Shown: positions 38,759 through 52,275 of the stretch, one piece after another
Layout: every line of letters starts with the position of its first letter
Position numbering within the stretch: position 1 is the first letter of the stretch
Assembly (NCBI RefSeq): GCF_006345805.1
Contig: NW_021833272.1
Span: forward strand, 41,562 to 105,561
Direction: 5' to 3'
DNA: 64,000 nt
Origin: Octopus sinensis
Taxonomy: Eukaryota
The notes under the pieces: model-generated
Told to the model about the DNA's origin: nothing
Seen by the model: only the letters and a program-made list of their open reading frames with translations
The model's database searches: none
Position numbers and translations under genes: made by a program

Positions 38759-40071
38759 TGGTAAGAAATTTGAGGACAGATTTATGTTTATAAAAAAAAC
38801 ACATATAATAACAGAAAACTATTTATTAAAAAATTGTGTGGATAAAAATAAACCTTCTTTTCAATAATGTTATTTAATAAAGCTACTCTCAGCTTCGACA
38901 ACTGCTTCTATATGAGATCTAAATCATCTACATGCTCGAATCAAGTGGTCCTGGTTCATTTTGGACATTACTCTGACTATGGCAGCTTTCAAAGAATCAT
39001 TGGTTTTATGGGCGTGTTCATTGACCTCTCTCTCAAAAGCACTCCACATGTAATAGTCCAGTGGATTGAGATCTGGGGAATTAGGAGGCCAAATGTTAGG
39101 GGTTATGTGATCATGAAAATTTTCAGCCATCCATTTCTGTGTTACTAGAGCCATGTGTTATAGTACAGAGTATTACCGAAACACATATGGCCTTCCATTG
39201 CATACATTATCTATCCAGGGCTTAACATTTGTTTCCAGGACCTCAATGTAGGCGACTGAGTGAACACTAAGACCTTGTGGAAAGAAGTAAGGAAGCATCA
39301 CATGTCCTTCATTGCTGACAATCCCTAAGACCATGACAGTTGCAGGAAACTTTGTATGCATAACACTTGTAACTTCAGAAGGGTCTGCACATAACCATCT
39401 GTCATTTCTTCTGTTAAGTTTTTGATCTTGATCGAAGTTTTACTCGTTTGAGAAAACCCCAAAAAAATCTTCTGCTGAATTTTGCAGTTTGTTTAAGAGC
39501 CTTTTAGATCTGATGTGGTGATTTACTTTTTCTGACAAATTGACCTTTCATTGGTTTTATGGGCGTGTTCATTGACCTCTCTCTCAAAAGCGCTCCACAT
39601 GTAATAGCCCAGTGGATTGAGATCTGGAGAATTGGAAGGCTTATTTCTGATGTCTCCGTAGACAACATCTCTGACTTTTCCTTTCATGGAGATCTTTTGC
39701 AATTGACCTCATAGACTTTCTGGGATTGTAATCAATGGTCTGTTGAACTTGCTGGGTAAATTAAGGTGTTCTGATGAGTTCAGAGCATTCAGAAGGCTTT
39801 TTAGGCTTTCATACTGGTAATATGTCTCCATCTTCACTCCCTATCTCCTTACAAAATTTGTAGACAAAAATATGGTAACTTTTAAAAATCAAAATATTTC
39901 TAAATCGTTATGTTCAGCATTTATAATCACAATAACAACATGCCTCTCCATTTCTTGAGTAGGTTGAGGGTCTGCAATTATTATTTTCTGAAACAAAGAT
40001 TAAACAAAGTTAGCAAAAAATGCTGCAATGACCCCAAAAAAGTTATGTCCTTAAATACCTTACGTACCCTG
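38753..40071 (-). mobile_element. Tc1/mariner transposon, DD37D (maT) type, TIR-bounded, transposase pseudogenised
   Basis: The imperfect TIRs match at 22 of 28 positions including the TA flanks. Minus strand reads IRTP...NPRKSMRSIAKDLH; HTKFPATVMVLGIVSNEGHVMLPYFF; WPPNSPDLNPLDYYMW. There are 37 residues between the mutated second Asp position and the third Asp, with multiple stops. Confidence 0.92.
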
Positions 40072-40074
40072 TAT

Positions 40075-40141
<67 letters not shown>

Positions 40142-40289
40142 CAAACATATATGTACATACATGTATACATATTATGTATACACCCTCAACACTCGCGTAA
40201 TATTCACTCAGTATATGTATGGTCAACACTCTCGTACATAAGTTTTCAGTAGACACACACACACACACCACATATATATAGTACATGTA

Positions 40290-40450
40290 GCGGGATTTTT
40301 TAGAAGAACAAAAGACGAAGAAAGGTGTGTGAACAACAAGTAAGTGTATTAGTTTGACGCTCGGGAAGGTGAGAAAGTCTTTTACATTTCGAGCATACGC
40401 TCTTCAACAGAAAGGAATAAGAGAAAATAAACAAGGAGGAAATTAACAAA
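40290..40450 (-). mobile_element. PLE terminal-repeat fragment with the best-preserved minimal hammerhead (40379-40414)
   Basis: Reverse complement CTTT-CTGTTGAA-GAGC gtat GCTC-GAAA-TG-TA-AAAG. Confidence 0.75.
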
Positions 40451-40459
40451 AATCTATAT

Positions 40460-40484
40460 ATAGACACGCACACATGCACACACA

Positions 40485-40568
<84 letters not shown>

Positions 40569-41533
40569 GCGCACACGCAAAACTCTCTCATGCACTCACA
40601 ACGCCAATCAAGTATACACACCAATACACAATCACACGAATACATGGACATGCTCCATCTTGACACTTACACACGAGAGCAAACACAATGATGGGACAAT
40701 AGTCAAGGATACGGTAATACACCCGACCACACGGATTTAGATGTACATGCAACACACACACACACACACGCGTACACACACAAAATCGCACACACATACT
40801 CAAATGCACACATACATGCACGCAGGCACGCACAGATGCACGCACTAACGCACAGAAATATATAAATTTGAAGCCATGGTACACAATCACAGATACGAAC
40901 AGGTAATCATGTACACCAGCGCACATACATGCACACACATACATACACGCGTATATACATGCATACATACATACAAACATGCATTCAGACACAAATGCTT
41001 ACATACATACATACACACATACATACGAATATACACACATACATACACATGCATACATACATATATACATGCATACACACACATACATACACGAGTACAT
41101 AATGCATACGTACATAAACACATAATACATATATACATACATTCAGACACACACGCTTACAAACATACATACACACACATACGCACATATGCACATACAT
41201 ACTATATACACACACATGCATATACATACATACACACACATATATACATACATGCACACATATATACATGCATACACACATATATACATACATACACACG
41301 CACATACATACAAAGTGACTCACACAAAAGATACACGATCTTTCGAAACAATTGCGCATGCGCACTTATAGCACCATCTGTCGCACAAGTTCCTAATCTC
41401 TCCCTATTCCGCATAATATCACCCGATGTTGCACTTTTATCTTTTAAACTCTTCATTCTTGAGAACAACGTATTTTTGCTACAAATACAACGTGTATATA
41501 TGTATGCATGTATTCACACACACACACACCACA

Positions 41534-41598
<65 letters not shown>

Positions 41599-41634
41599 AT
41601 ATATATTATATATATAAATATATATATATATGAA

Positions 41635-41668
<34 letters not shown>

Positions 41669-42122
41669 TATGCATGAATGTATGTATGTTGCATTCTGTT
41701 TTAAATTATTTAAGTTCTTCCTCCGAGCAAGGAGCTAACTTCTAATATAAATACAAAACTCTCTCGTTTGAATGTACATAACAAAACATCGTCACATTTC
41801 AAACTTGGGAAAAGTCTTGCATATATTAATTGTTCCACTTACAGGTTGTATTTGTAATGTGTGAGTTGACTTGTTGATGTATGTATGTATGTATGTATGT
41901 ATGTATGTATGTATGTATGTATGTATGTATGCATGTATGTATGCAGGAGAGTATGGCCACATAAGAGTGTGTATGTTTGTATGTATTATTTCAAGATTTC
42001 TTGCCAACAGAGAAAGAACCTGTTTCTAACCTAGATCCAATTTTTGTATGCATATCGTCGTCGTCAACATCACCATCACCACCACCACCACTACCACCAT
42101 CACCATCATTATCATCATCATT

Positions 42123-42158
<36 letters not shown>

Positions 42159-42215
42159 TTCATCATCATCACCATCTTCATCATCATCATCCTCATCGTC
42201 ACCACCACCACCACC

Positions 42216-42249
<34 letters not shown>

Positions 42250-42927
42250 TCATCATAATCATCATCATCATCATCATCCTATCGCTTTTCCCTCCTATTC
42301 TTCATAACACCGTATATTCCAGCTACTGAAGTTCACAGTAATTCTATTTGTGTCGAAAGTTTCAACTGTTCCTGTTGTAGTTGTTGTTGCTGTTGTTACT
42401 GTCTTCTTCTTCTTCGTCGTCGATGTTGTTGTTCTAATAGTAATATTGTTGTAATAGTTGTTGTTGTTGCTGTTGCTGTTTTAATTGTTGGATATTTTGT
42501 TTTTGTTGTTGGTTTTCCCCCCAGCTTCCTAAAGAACGGCTTCGAAGGTTTGCTTCCCTCATAGGAATATTTACATCATGTTCCGTTAATGAACTACAAA
42601 TCCCAGGAGGCAGTGAGGAAAATCGGGAGTGATCCAGTAAAAGATGCAGCAGCAGCAGCAGCGTTAGTGGGATCCATAGTAGTAGTAGTAGTAATTGTAG
42701 TAGTAGTAGTAGTAGTAATAGTAGTAGTAGTAATAGTAGTAGTTGTAGTAATAATAGTAGTAGTAGTAGTAATAGTAGCAATAGTAGTAGTAGAAGTAGT
42801 AGTAGTAGTAGTAGTAGTAATATTAGTAGTAATAATAGTAGTAATAGTAGTAGTAATAATAATAGTAATAGTAGTAGTATTAATAGTAGTAGTAGAAGTA
42901 ATAATAGTAGTAGTAGTAATAGTAGTA

Positions 42928-42960
<33 letters not shown>

Positions 42961-43130
42961 ATAGTAGTAATAGTAGTAGTAATAATAATAGTAATAGTTG
43001 TTGTAATATTAATACTACTACTACTACTACTACTACTTAGTAGTAGTAGTAGTAGTAGTAGTAGTAATAGTAGTATTAGTTGCAGTAGCAATCGCAATTC
43101 TTACAGGAGTAGCATATCATCGTCATTATT
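40460..43130. repeat. (CA)n/(CATA)n, (TA)n, (TATG)n, (CAT)n/(CAC)n and (TAG)n/(TAA)n low-complexity blocks
   Basis: Read directly from the sequence. Confidence 0.9.
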
Positions 43131-43244
43131 ATTATTGTCTGTTTATATTCCCCACCACATCCTTCGCCCTGTGGCAAATAAATGAAATTATCATCATCAT
43201 CATTATTATTATCGTTGTTGTTGTTGTTGTTGTAGTTTTTGTTT

Positions 43245-43345
43245 GTTCTCTCTGTGTTTAGCCCCTTGTTGTTAGTAAAGAAATAGGTATTTCATCTACC
43301 GCTACGTTCTGAGTTCAAATTCCACCGAGTTCGATTTATCCTTCC
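43245..43345 (+). mobile_element. SINE family A fragment (3' end of one unit joined to the body of the next)
   Basis: tgtgtttagccccttgttgttagtaaagaaataggtatttc...gctacgttctgagttcaaattcc. Confidence 0.8.
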
Positions 43346-43527
43346 ATCAGAACTATCATCATGATCCCCATCCCAAACGCCATCATAACCTTCGCCATTA
43401 TCCTCCCTATCACCAACATCACCCTCATCATCATCATCACCATCTCTAATATCATCTCAAATGGCTTCAGTACAATAAACAAACTCATCACCACGACCAC
43501 CACCTTCATCATTATCATTGTTGTCCC

Positions 43528-44068
43528 GTATAGGACGGATCCAGCTGCCGGCCGAGTCCATAGAGACGATTGACCCGCCCTCTTACTTGTGCCATGAAGG
43601 GGAGAAAACTTTCCTCTGTCAGTAGCGAATGAGGTTGTATGGTGGATCAGTTTGAAAGGACTAAGACAGGCACTTTTCTCTCCTCGGCCAATCCCGCATC
43701 AATTTTCACCTGGAAAGGAAGATGAGGGTGGAGGGAGATGTGTACCCCCCACCCGAGTACATTTGCTGAAAAGTGGGTAAATGTAGCGAAAATGGCCCTC
43801 CAATAACATGTTAGTGGATCTGCTCTAATAATGCGCCTATAGGCTGGTAAATTTGAGGAGAGGTGTACAATTCCTTCGTACCCTCGAAGCGCCGAGTGGT
43901 TCAAGATTGGTGGGGTACTTGAGCCAAACTTGGGTGGTCACCCCTACCCCATTGGGGAAATCTCATTTTCTTGATATTTATTGTTATTGTTTATCTAATT
44001 GTTTACTCGTTGTTTTGTGCGAAACCCCCACTGTCCCCGTCTACTGCACTAAAGTGGTCATTAAATGA
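43528..44068 (+). mobile_element. L1/Tx1-type LINE 3' remnant
   Basis: IQLPAESIETIDPP...EVVWWISLKGLR...INFHLERKMRVEG...TFAEKWVNVAKMA, followed by a 3' UTR running into (TAA)n. Confidence 0.8.
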
Positions 44069-44112
<44 letters not shown>

Positions 44113-44143
44113 CAACAACAACAACAACAACAACAGCAACAAC

Positions 44144-44176
<33 letters not shown>

Positions 44177-44189
44177 TTATTATTTTTTG

Positions 44190-44740
44190 GCCACAAGGGC
44201 TCACATAAAATAACATTAAAAGACATGTAACAACATTAAAGACAAAAACAGGACGTTACAATAGGTTTTAACGAATGTACGCAATACGATAATAAAGTTA
44301 AACAACTTAAAACTCCAAATAGAGGAGGCGCTTTAAGGTCCTCGTGGAAAAACTTACAAAAGCCATAGGTCCCTAAACAACAGAGCAAGAGCCCTTTTCT
44401 TTTGATTCCTCACCACATCCTTCGCCGTGTGGCAAATAAATGAAATTATTATGTTGAGAATTGGGCCTTCCACACTGGCCATTCTTCCAACATTCACCCA
44501 CCTTTCAACAAACATGCTACAAGGCAACACTTCCCTCTCCACTCTCAACTTCCTTTCCAAGTGAAACTTGAAAAAGCTGATGAGGGGCTTGGCCAAACAG
44601 GAAAGCGTCAATTTTCAGACCTTTCAAACGGGTCCACCATACTATCTCTTATTGGGCACAGCGCACATCCAAAGGAAAGTATTATCTGCCTGAGGTCCAT
44701 GTTGTGACTTGACAGATGACTAAAGACTCCGGTGAATTTT
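44190..44740 (-). mobile_element. L1/Tx1-type LINE 3' remnant
   Basis: EIVWWTRLKGLK...LISFFKFHLERKLRVEREVLPCSMFVERWVNVGRMASVEGPIL (ORF 44354-44611). Confidence 0.85.
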
Positions 44741-44763
44741 TACCTACACTGTGTTACGAAGGC

Positions 44764-44835
<72 letters not shown>

Positions 44836-44930
44836 CAACAGCAGCAACAATAATAATAATAATAATGATTATTATTATTATTATTGATAATATTAATATT
44901 AAAACAAAAAGAAAAGAAGAGTGGTATTGT

Positions 44931-45060
44931 TATTTCGGCATCTAGTGTGTCTTCTATAGTGAATGATATTTCATTTAGAAATGAACGATATTTCGTCTAG
45001 AAATGAACGCTATTTCATTTAGAGTGAACGATATTTCGGCATCTAGTGTATCTTCCACAG
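44931..45060. repeat. Short minisatellite: three 21-22-bp units bracketed by two tatttcggcatctagtgt units
   Basis: Units start tatttc at 44931, 44967, 44989, 45011 and 45032. Confidence 0.85.
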
Positions 45061-45142
45061 CTTCAAAAGATAAACTTGTCAATCTACTTCATTTTTCATA
45101 ATATTTTATATTATTATCATTATTATTATTATTATTATTATT

Positions 45143-45692
45143 GAGTGAGAGAGCAGTTCATGCCATCAAAGTGACACTGGGGTAAAATATACGAAGCCCA
45201 ATATACCCATCATGACTACCCGTCTGATAAAGGGTACACCAGGCACATGCATCACAACCATATGTGCGCGACATGGTGATCTCATATCAAGATAAACAGC
45301 ACATGACCTTGCAGGTGGGGGCCCAGTTAGAATTTTCTTCAGGTTGAGTAGCCCATCCCGCTCAAACGGTCCCTGAATAAGGGTTGCTTAAGGATGTTGA
45401 AAGAACCACCCATGTTTCCAGAGGTGAACTATTCAAACCCCAAAGAATCCCTCTCAACACATGGCTATGATGCTCCCCCACTACTTCTGCTCGTGATCAG
45501 AGATGCACATATCGTCAGCCACTAAGGGACATGCTCAACTGGTTACGGTCAAACAACTGACAAGCAAATCTGTGGTATTGAGCAGAATATTTGCTGTAGC
45601 CCATCTTTTATACAAAACAATGTACATGATAACACTTCCAATCAGTTAAGATCAGAAGCCATGAGAGCCACTGCCTGGTACTGCATCAGGGC
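45143..45692 (-). mobile_element. (TAA)n-tailed non-autonomous retroelement, full-length
   Basis: Near-identical to 9309-9860 and preceded by (TTA)n. Confidence 0.9.
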
Positions 45693-45704
45693 AATTACTG
45701 CATC

Positions 45705-45743
<39 letters not shown>

Positions 45744-46350
45744 GTTATTACTAGTAGTAGTAGTAGTAGTAGTCGTTGTAGTAGTAGTAGTAGTAGTGTA
45801 GTAGTATATGTGTGGTCGTAGCGATATTGGGGATGAGGCTAATACGTATGGAGATGGTATTTCAGATGTTGGCATCAGTGGCGGTTTCTGGTAGCCGTGA
45901 TGGAAGTGGTGGCGTTGTTGTTGTTGTTGTTGTTGTTGTTAGTGGAGGTGGTGGCGGTGATGCTGATGGTATTACGAGTGTGAGAGTTTGACGGTGTAAA
46001 ATTAGTGGTGTATGCTGTTTGTGATGATGGAATTTGTGATAATGGCTCTTAACCGCTATTGGCTACTGGCACTTGCTGTTGAAGCACACTTAACGAAGAA
46101 GGTTATTCCGTGCACCGCATCCTTCTTCTTTTTAGCCTTGTAGTTGTGGTTGTTATTGTGATTGTTGCTGTTGTTGTTGATGTTCATCTTCTTCTCCATC
46201 TTCTGCTCCCCTTCTTCTTCTCCTCCTTCTCCTATAACCTCTCTTTCGTTGTTATCTAGGTTGCCTTACAAGTGGTTCTGTGTGCATATAAAATCTGCGT
46301 ATATATATATATATACATATATACATATATATATACATACATACATACAT

Positions 46351-46387
<37 letters not shown>

Positions 46388-46812
46388 CTTCGTTTTTGTA
46401 TTATACATATATATATATGTGTGTGTGTGTCTGTATATATACATACATACACACACACACACACACTCGCGCTGTTGTGTTTTTTGTGTTTTCTTGTTTG
46501 GATTAACTATATATATATATACATATGTATGTATGTAGGTGGTTTACTGTTCCGTTAAGGTAAGATCAGCAAAAAACAAACGCCCCATCCAATGAGAGAT
46601 AAATATCATTTAATGTACACAGCATAAAGATACAAGCTACAAATAGGTTCTTGCTTTGGAGTTTTTAAAACGTGCCTTGTGTCTCCAAGCGATTTCCGGG
46701 CTCTGAGCACCTGGTACGTTCTATTTGCAAATCAGGACTCTGGTACCAGCTACCTCATCTATTCCCCTTCCTCAAACCATTCATCTACGAGCCACTAAGT
46801 CAACTTCTACAT

Positions 46813-47111
46813 CTGTAGTCCTCAAACGGGGTCCATATAGCCCCTGATGGCCCATATAAACTTTTTGAGGCTCCACATAACAAAATTGTAAATCGGGGAT
46901 CGATAATAGCATTTTATGTGCCCCTAAAAAAGTTTTGTTTTAGAAGTATGTATTGCAATAAGCAGCTAGGTTTCTTTCTCTAACATTTTCCATAATAGGA
47001 ATTTTGAAAAAGTTTGTATAAAACCAATTTTTAGGCATCGAATGGCTAAGGGAGTCCATTTCAATACAATCGTAATCAATAGATAAAAAAAAAATTGGTT
47101 GAGAAACCCTG
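46813..47111. mobile_element. hAT (Charlie-like) MITE with perfect 8-bp target-site duplication
   Basis: TTCTACAT at 46805-46812 and 47112-47119 flanks ends ctgtagtcctcaaac... and ...ggttgagaaaccctg, resembling the CAG.GGTTCTCAACC TIR. Confidence 0.85.
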
Positions 47112-47334
47112 TTCTACATGGTTGATAGATCAGCTAGAAATAGCAGCCAAATTTCCCTCAAATATGATGACACTGTTTTAGAATTACGAATTGTGCTCTG
47201 TCTAACCGATTATCCTGTACATAGGTTAAAAGAGGTGGTCAAGGATGGAATACATTTGATCATGAGTGTACTCACTATGGAATACGTAGGAATAAAAGGC
47301 CAAAATATTGGTTGCAAATTTTGCCACAACGGCA

Positions 47335-47490
47335 ACAATTTAGAGGGGGGGATAGTCGAATACATCGACCACAGTATTTAAGTAGTACTTGATTTATCGA
47401 TCCCGAAAGGCAAAGTCGACCTCGGCAGAATTTGAAGTCAGAACGTAGAGGCAGGCGAAATACCGCTAACGATTCTGCCAGCGTGCCGCT
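47335..47490 (-). mobile_element. SINE family A copy (deleted)
   Basis: gtacttgatttatcgatcccgaaaggcaaagtcgacctcggcagaatttgaagtcagaacgt...aacgattctgccagc. Confidence 0.8.
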
Positions 47491-47554
47491 TTGAAAAAAG
47501 CTGAACTAATAAACGTTATTATTGTTATTAACGCAACATACAATATCAATCAGG

Positions 47555-47882
47555 AGTTGCTGTGGGGTAAGTAGCTTGCTTACCAACTACATGGTTCCGT
47601 GTTCAGTTCCACTGCGAGGCACCTTGGGCAAGTGTCTTCTACTGTAGCCTCGGGCCGACCAAACCCTAAGTGAGTGAATTTGGTAGACGGAAACCGAAAG
47701 AAGCCCCCCCCAACATCGCTTGACAACCGATGTTGGTGTGTTTACGTCCCCGTAACTTAGCGGTTCGGCAAAAGGCACCGATAGAATAAGTACTGGGCTT
47801 ACAAAGAATAAGTCGTGGCGTCGATTTCCTCGACTAAAAGCGGTGCTCCAGCATGGCCGTAGTTAAATGATTGAAATAAGTA
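47555..47882 (+). mobile_element. SINE family B, full-length
   Basis: gctgtggggtaagtagcttgcttaccaactacatggttccgtgttcagttccactgcg...gcggtgctccagcatggccgtagttaaatgattgaaa. Confidence 0.9.
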
Positions 47883-47884
47883 AA

Positions 47885-48085
47885 GGTGAGGAGATGGCAG
47901 AATCGTTAACACGCCGAGCGAAATGCTTTGCAGCGTCTCGCTTGTTTTTTATATTCTGGGTTCAAATTCCGCCGAGGTCGACTTTGCTTTTCTTCCTTCC
48001 TTGCAATGACGATAAAATAAGTACCAGTTGCGTACGGAAGTTGATGTAATCGACTTACTCACCTCCCCGTACCAAAATTTGAAAC
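47885..48085 (+). mobile_element. SINE family A copy directly behind the family B copy
   Basis: ggcagaatcgttaacacgccgagcgaaatgc...gggttcaaattccgccgaggtcgactttgc. Confidence 0.85.
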
Positions 48086-48099
48086 CAATAGTAACGTTA

Positions 48100-49780
48100 T
48101 CATGATCAACATCATCATGATCTCCCATTCCAAACGCTGTCATCCCTATAGCCATCATCTCCAATATCACCAGCATCCTCATCCTCATCAGCATTATCAC
48201 CGTCTCTAATATCATCTCAAATAACCTCAGCACCATAAACAAACTCATCACCACCAGCACAACCACCACCTCAGACCGCCATCATCTTAACCACCACCAT
48301 CATCATCATCGTCACAACCACCACCACCATCATCATCTTCATCATCTTCATCTTCAACACCACCATCATCATCTTCATCATCATCCTCACTACCTCATCT
48401 ACCATCATCATCGTCATCATCATCACCCTCACTACCACCACTACCACCATTATCATCATCGTCGTCAACATCAACATCGTAACCACTACCACCACCATTA
48501 TCATCATCATCATCGTCACCATCACCAACACCATCATTATCGACCACCACCACCACTACCACCACCACCACCGCCGCCACCGCCGCCGCCGCCAGCACCA
48601 CCATCATAATCACCACCACCACCATTATCATCATCATCGTCATCATCATCATCGTCAGCATCATCATGATTGTCACCACCAGCACCAGCATCATTATCAT
48701 CATCGTCGTCGTTATCATCATCCTCGTCACCACCAACACCACCACCACTACCACCACTACCACCACCACCAACACCACCACCAACAACAACAGCAACAAC
48801 AATAATAACAACAAGAGCAGCAACATCAACATTGTAAAACATCACGCATAAATGACACGGACAAAAAACACAATCATAAACTTTAGAGCCAGTACTACTA
48901 ACAATCTGAGCAGCACTAACATCGCCATGACCATCATCACCACAAACACCACCATGAACACCACCACCAAAACTATCACCATTGCTAACAACAACAACAC
49001 AACAACAATAACTGCAGCCGCAGCAACATCATCACAAGTACCACAACTACACCTCCGACACCGCTATCACTGTCGTAAGCTATCACCACCTTCATTTCAA
49101 CCGCCACCTCCAGCGACACCAGGGTTTCCGGCAATATTATTTCTTTAAACACGAAAATAATAGGATTTCCATGAACGCCAGAGTGGCCAGCATCTTCGTA
49201 ATTAAACACAAAAGGGCATTGCTAGCAAAAGACGGAAGAATTTAACACTCATATAAGCACAAACACGCGTACACACATACGTATAAAATATATCCGCACA
49301 CACACACACACACGAATATATAACCATATATATATATATATATATATAAATACATGTGTGTAAATATATGTATATATATGTATAGAAATACATATGCATA
49401 TATATATATACACACACATACATATATATGCATATATATACATGCATACATACATACATACATACATTCATATATATATATATATATATATACTCATATA
49501 TTCGTATATATATATATAAATACATATATATATATTCATATATATTTATCCAGATATATCCATATATGTATGCATATGTATGTATGCATAGGTATGTATG
49601 CATATGTATGTATGCATAGGTATGTATGCATATGTATGTATGCATAGGTATGTATGCATATGTATGTATGCATATGTATGTATATGTATGCATAATATGC
49701 AAACAAATTCGTATACACGCATACACGGCGATTCCCACATGCACGCGCACAAACAATGAGGGAGAAGAAAAAACAAAAAT
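48100..49780. repeat. (CAT)n/(CAC)n/(CAA)n and (TA)n/(CATA)n blocks, including a 28-bp higher-order unit at about 49570-49680
   Basis: Read directly from the sequence. Confidence 0.85.
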
Positions 49781-50269
49781 AAAAACAGAAATTAAACAAA
49801 CAGACGGGTGAACGATCGAACTCAAAATACAAAACGAGGACGAAAATCCATTGTGGATCATTCACCGGAAACTAAATCGACGCCTGCGCATCAAGAAATA
49901 TCGATGAACAACATTCCTCCATATTGAGAGTAGCAGGTCTCACGTGAAATTGTATTTTTCGCTCCTTCACTACATTAAACCATTTCAGAATATATTTTGA
50001 AACATTTTACTGGTTTTCATTGATTTGCTTGGTGGTGGTGTTGTTGATGGTGGTGGTTGCGGTGGGTATATTATACATCCACACGCATTCGGCCATCGCT
50101 TCTACATCCTCTTACGCACATACACACAAAATACTCACACACACACACGCGCGCGCACAGAGAGAGATACAGGGAAATACAGAGATATTATAAACAGATA
50201 CGTAGTTAATATAAATATATATTGATAGATAGATAGACAAATATGTATGTATGTAGGTATGTATGTAGG

Positions 50270-50346
<77 letters not shown>

Positions 50347-50347
50347 G

Positions 50348-50382
<35 letters not shown>

Positions 50383-50383
50383 T

Positions 50384-50447
<64 letters not shown>

Positions 50448-50515
50448 TATAGATAGAAAGGGAGAGAGATTGAGAGAGACAGACAAGCAGATAGATATCT
50501 AGTTATATATATGTA

Positions 50516-51082
50516 TTTATGTTGTCCGGAAAGTTCGTGCCAATTTTTGAAGGTAAGAAAAAGGTCAATAAATACTTGCCATTGCATTTTTACTCTACCA
50601 AATATGAACCATTTTGTTACACAATGCGTCTCCATCTTTCCTTTAACTTGAAAATACCCTCTTCCCAGAATTGAGGTGGTTTCATGGCAAAGAATTCATC
50701 AAGGTATCTTTTTACGTCATCCAAGGAATTGAAATTTTTACCATTAAGTCTATACTGCAGAGACCTGAATAAGTGGAAATCCAAAGGAGCAATATCTGGT
50801 GAATATGGAAGGTGGAGTAACACATACCAGCCGAGCTGCAGCAATTTTTGTCTGGTTCCCAAAATATCAAGACCGAAAATGAGCTTTCTTATTTTCCCTT
50901 TTTAAAGGATTACAGAATTAACACAGGTTATAGGAACATAAAATTTCTTCCACGAAACAATAGCTTAAACTGTGCTCTAAATGGAGGTGTAGTCAAATCC
51001 TATTTTATGGACTTAACCATGTTCTAAACTAAGTAGAAAGGTAAGCTACTATAAATCGGCATGAACTTTCCGGACAATCCAA
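50516..51082 (-). mobile_element. Internally deleted mariner element retaining both TIRs and the transposase C-terminus
   Basis: TIRs ttgtccggaaagttcgtgccaattt and aaatcggcatgaactttccggacaa. ORF 50617-50862 reads LGWYVLLHLPYSPDIAPLDFHLFRSLQ...[13 protein letters not shown], the mariner HPPYSPDLAPSDYHLF motif. Confidence 0.92.
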
Positions 51083-51514
51083 TATATATACGCGCCTGTG
51101 TACATGCGTATTTATCTGTATTTATTCTCAAAAATTATTTGAAACCGTTGTTAGTTTGTATATGGCCCTGTAGCTTAGCGGTTCGGCAATAATACCCAAA
51201 AAGAATAAGAACCAGGTTAAAGATATGTTCTGGAGTTAATCATTTCGACGAAAAGCCGTCGAGGATTGTCGCCCAATGGCAGAAACAACAGAAACAAGTA
51301 AAAGATAAACGATACACACACACATACATACACACACACACACATACATACATACATACACACATAGATACATAAATACATAAATACATACATACATACA
51401 TACATACATACATACATACACACATACATACATACATACGTACAAACATAGATGCATACATACATACATATACATGTATCTGTATCTATAAATATTTATA
51501 TGTATATATAGGAG

Positions 51515-51696
51515 CAGGCTCGGCCGTGTGGTATTCCCAACCACATGGTTACGAGTTCAGTCCCACTGCGCATTACCCTGGGCAAGTGTCTTCTACTACT
51601 GCCTGGGGCAGTGCAAATCTCTGTGAGTGAATTTAGCAAACGGAAACTCAAAGAAGAACTTCATATATGTATATACATATATATATATATAATATA

Positions 51697-51747
<51 letters not shown>

Positions 51748-52030
51748 ATATATATATTATATATATATACATACATATATATATATATAATATATTACAC
51801 ATATATGTATATATATATTATGTATACATATATGTGTACGTGTATTGTGTCTGGTGTTTGTCCCCCATCACCACATGACAAGTTTTTTGTCTTTATGCCC
51901 CCATAACTTAAGCGATTCGACAAAAAGACAGATAGGCTGAAAGATGTCCTGGGGTAGATTTGTTCGAATCAAACTCTTCGAGGTGGTACTCCAGCATGGC
52001 CACAGTCAAATGACTGAAACAAATACAAGA
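51515..52030 (+). mobile_element. SINE family B, full-length, with expanded internal (TA)n
   Basis: cggccgtgtggtattcccaaccacatggttacgagttcagtcccactgcg...gtactccagcatggccacagtcaaatgactgaaac. Confidence 0.85.
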
Positions 52031-52057
52031 ATAAAAGAAAATAAGTATATGCATATG

Positions 52058-52136
<79 letters not shown>

Positions 52137-52220
52137 ATATATATATATATATATATCTATCCTATCGCCACTCTATCTAACTATTCTCTTTCTAGGGTAT
52201 AACTATGGAATGAAATATTC

Positions 52221-52275
<55 letters not shown>

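Noticed and set aside
46690-46713. 24-nt microexon-like segment; also 37584-37616 (33 nt) and 59517-59555 (39 nt)
   Set aside because: AG...GT-bounded multiples of three with weak acceptors occur often by chance, and no consistent gene model links them.
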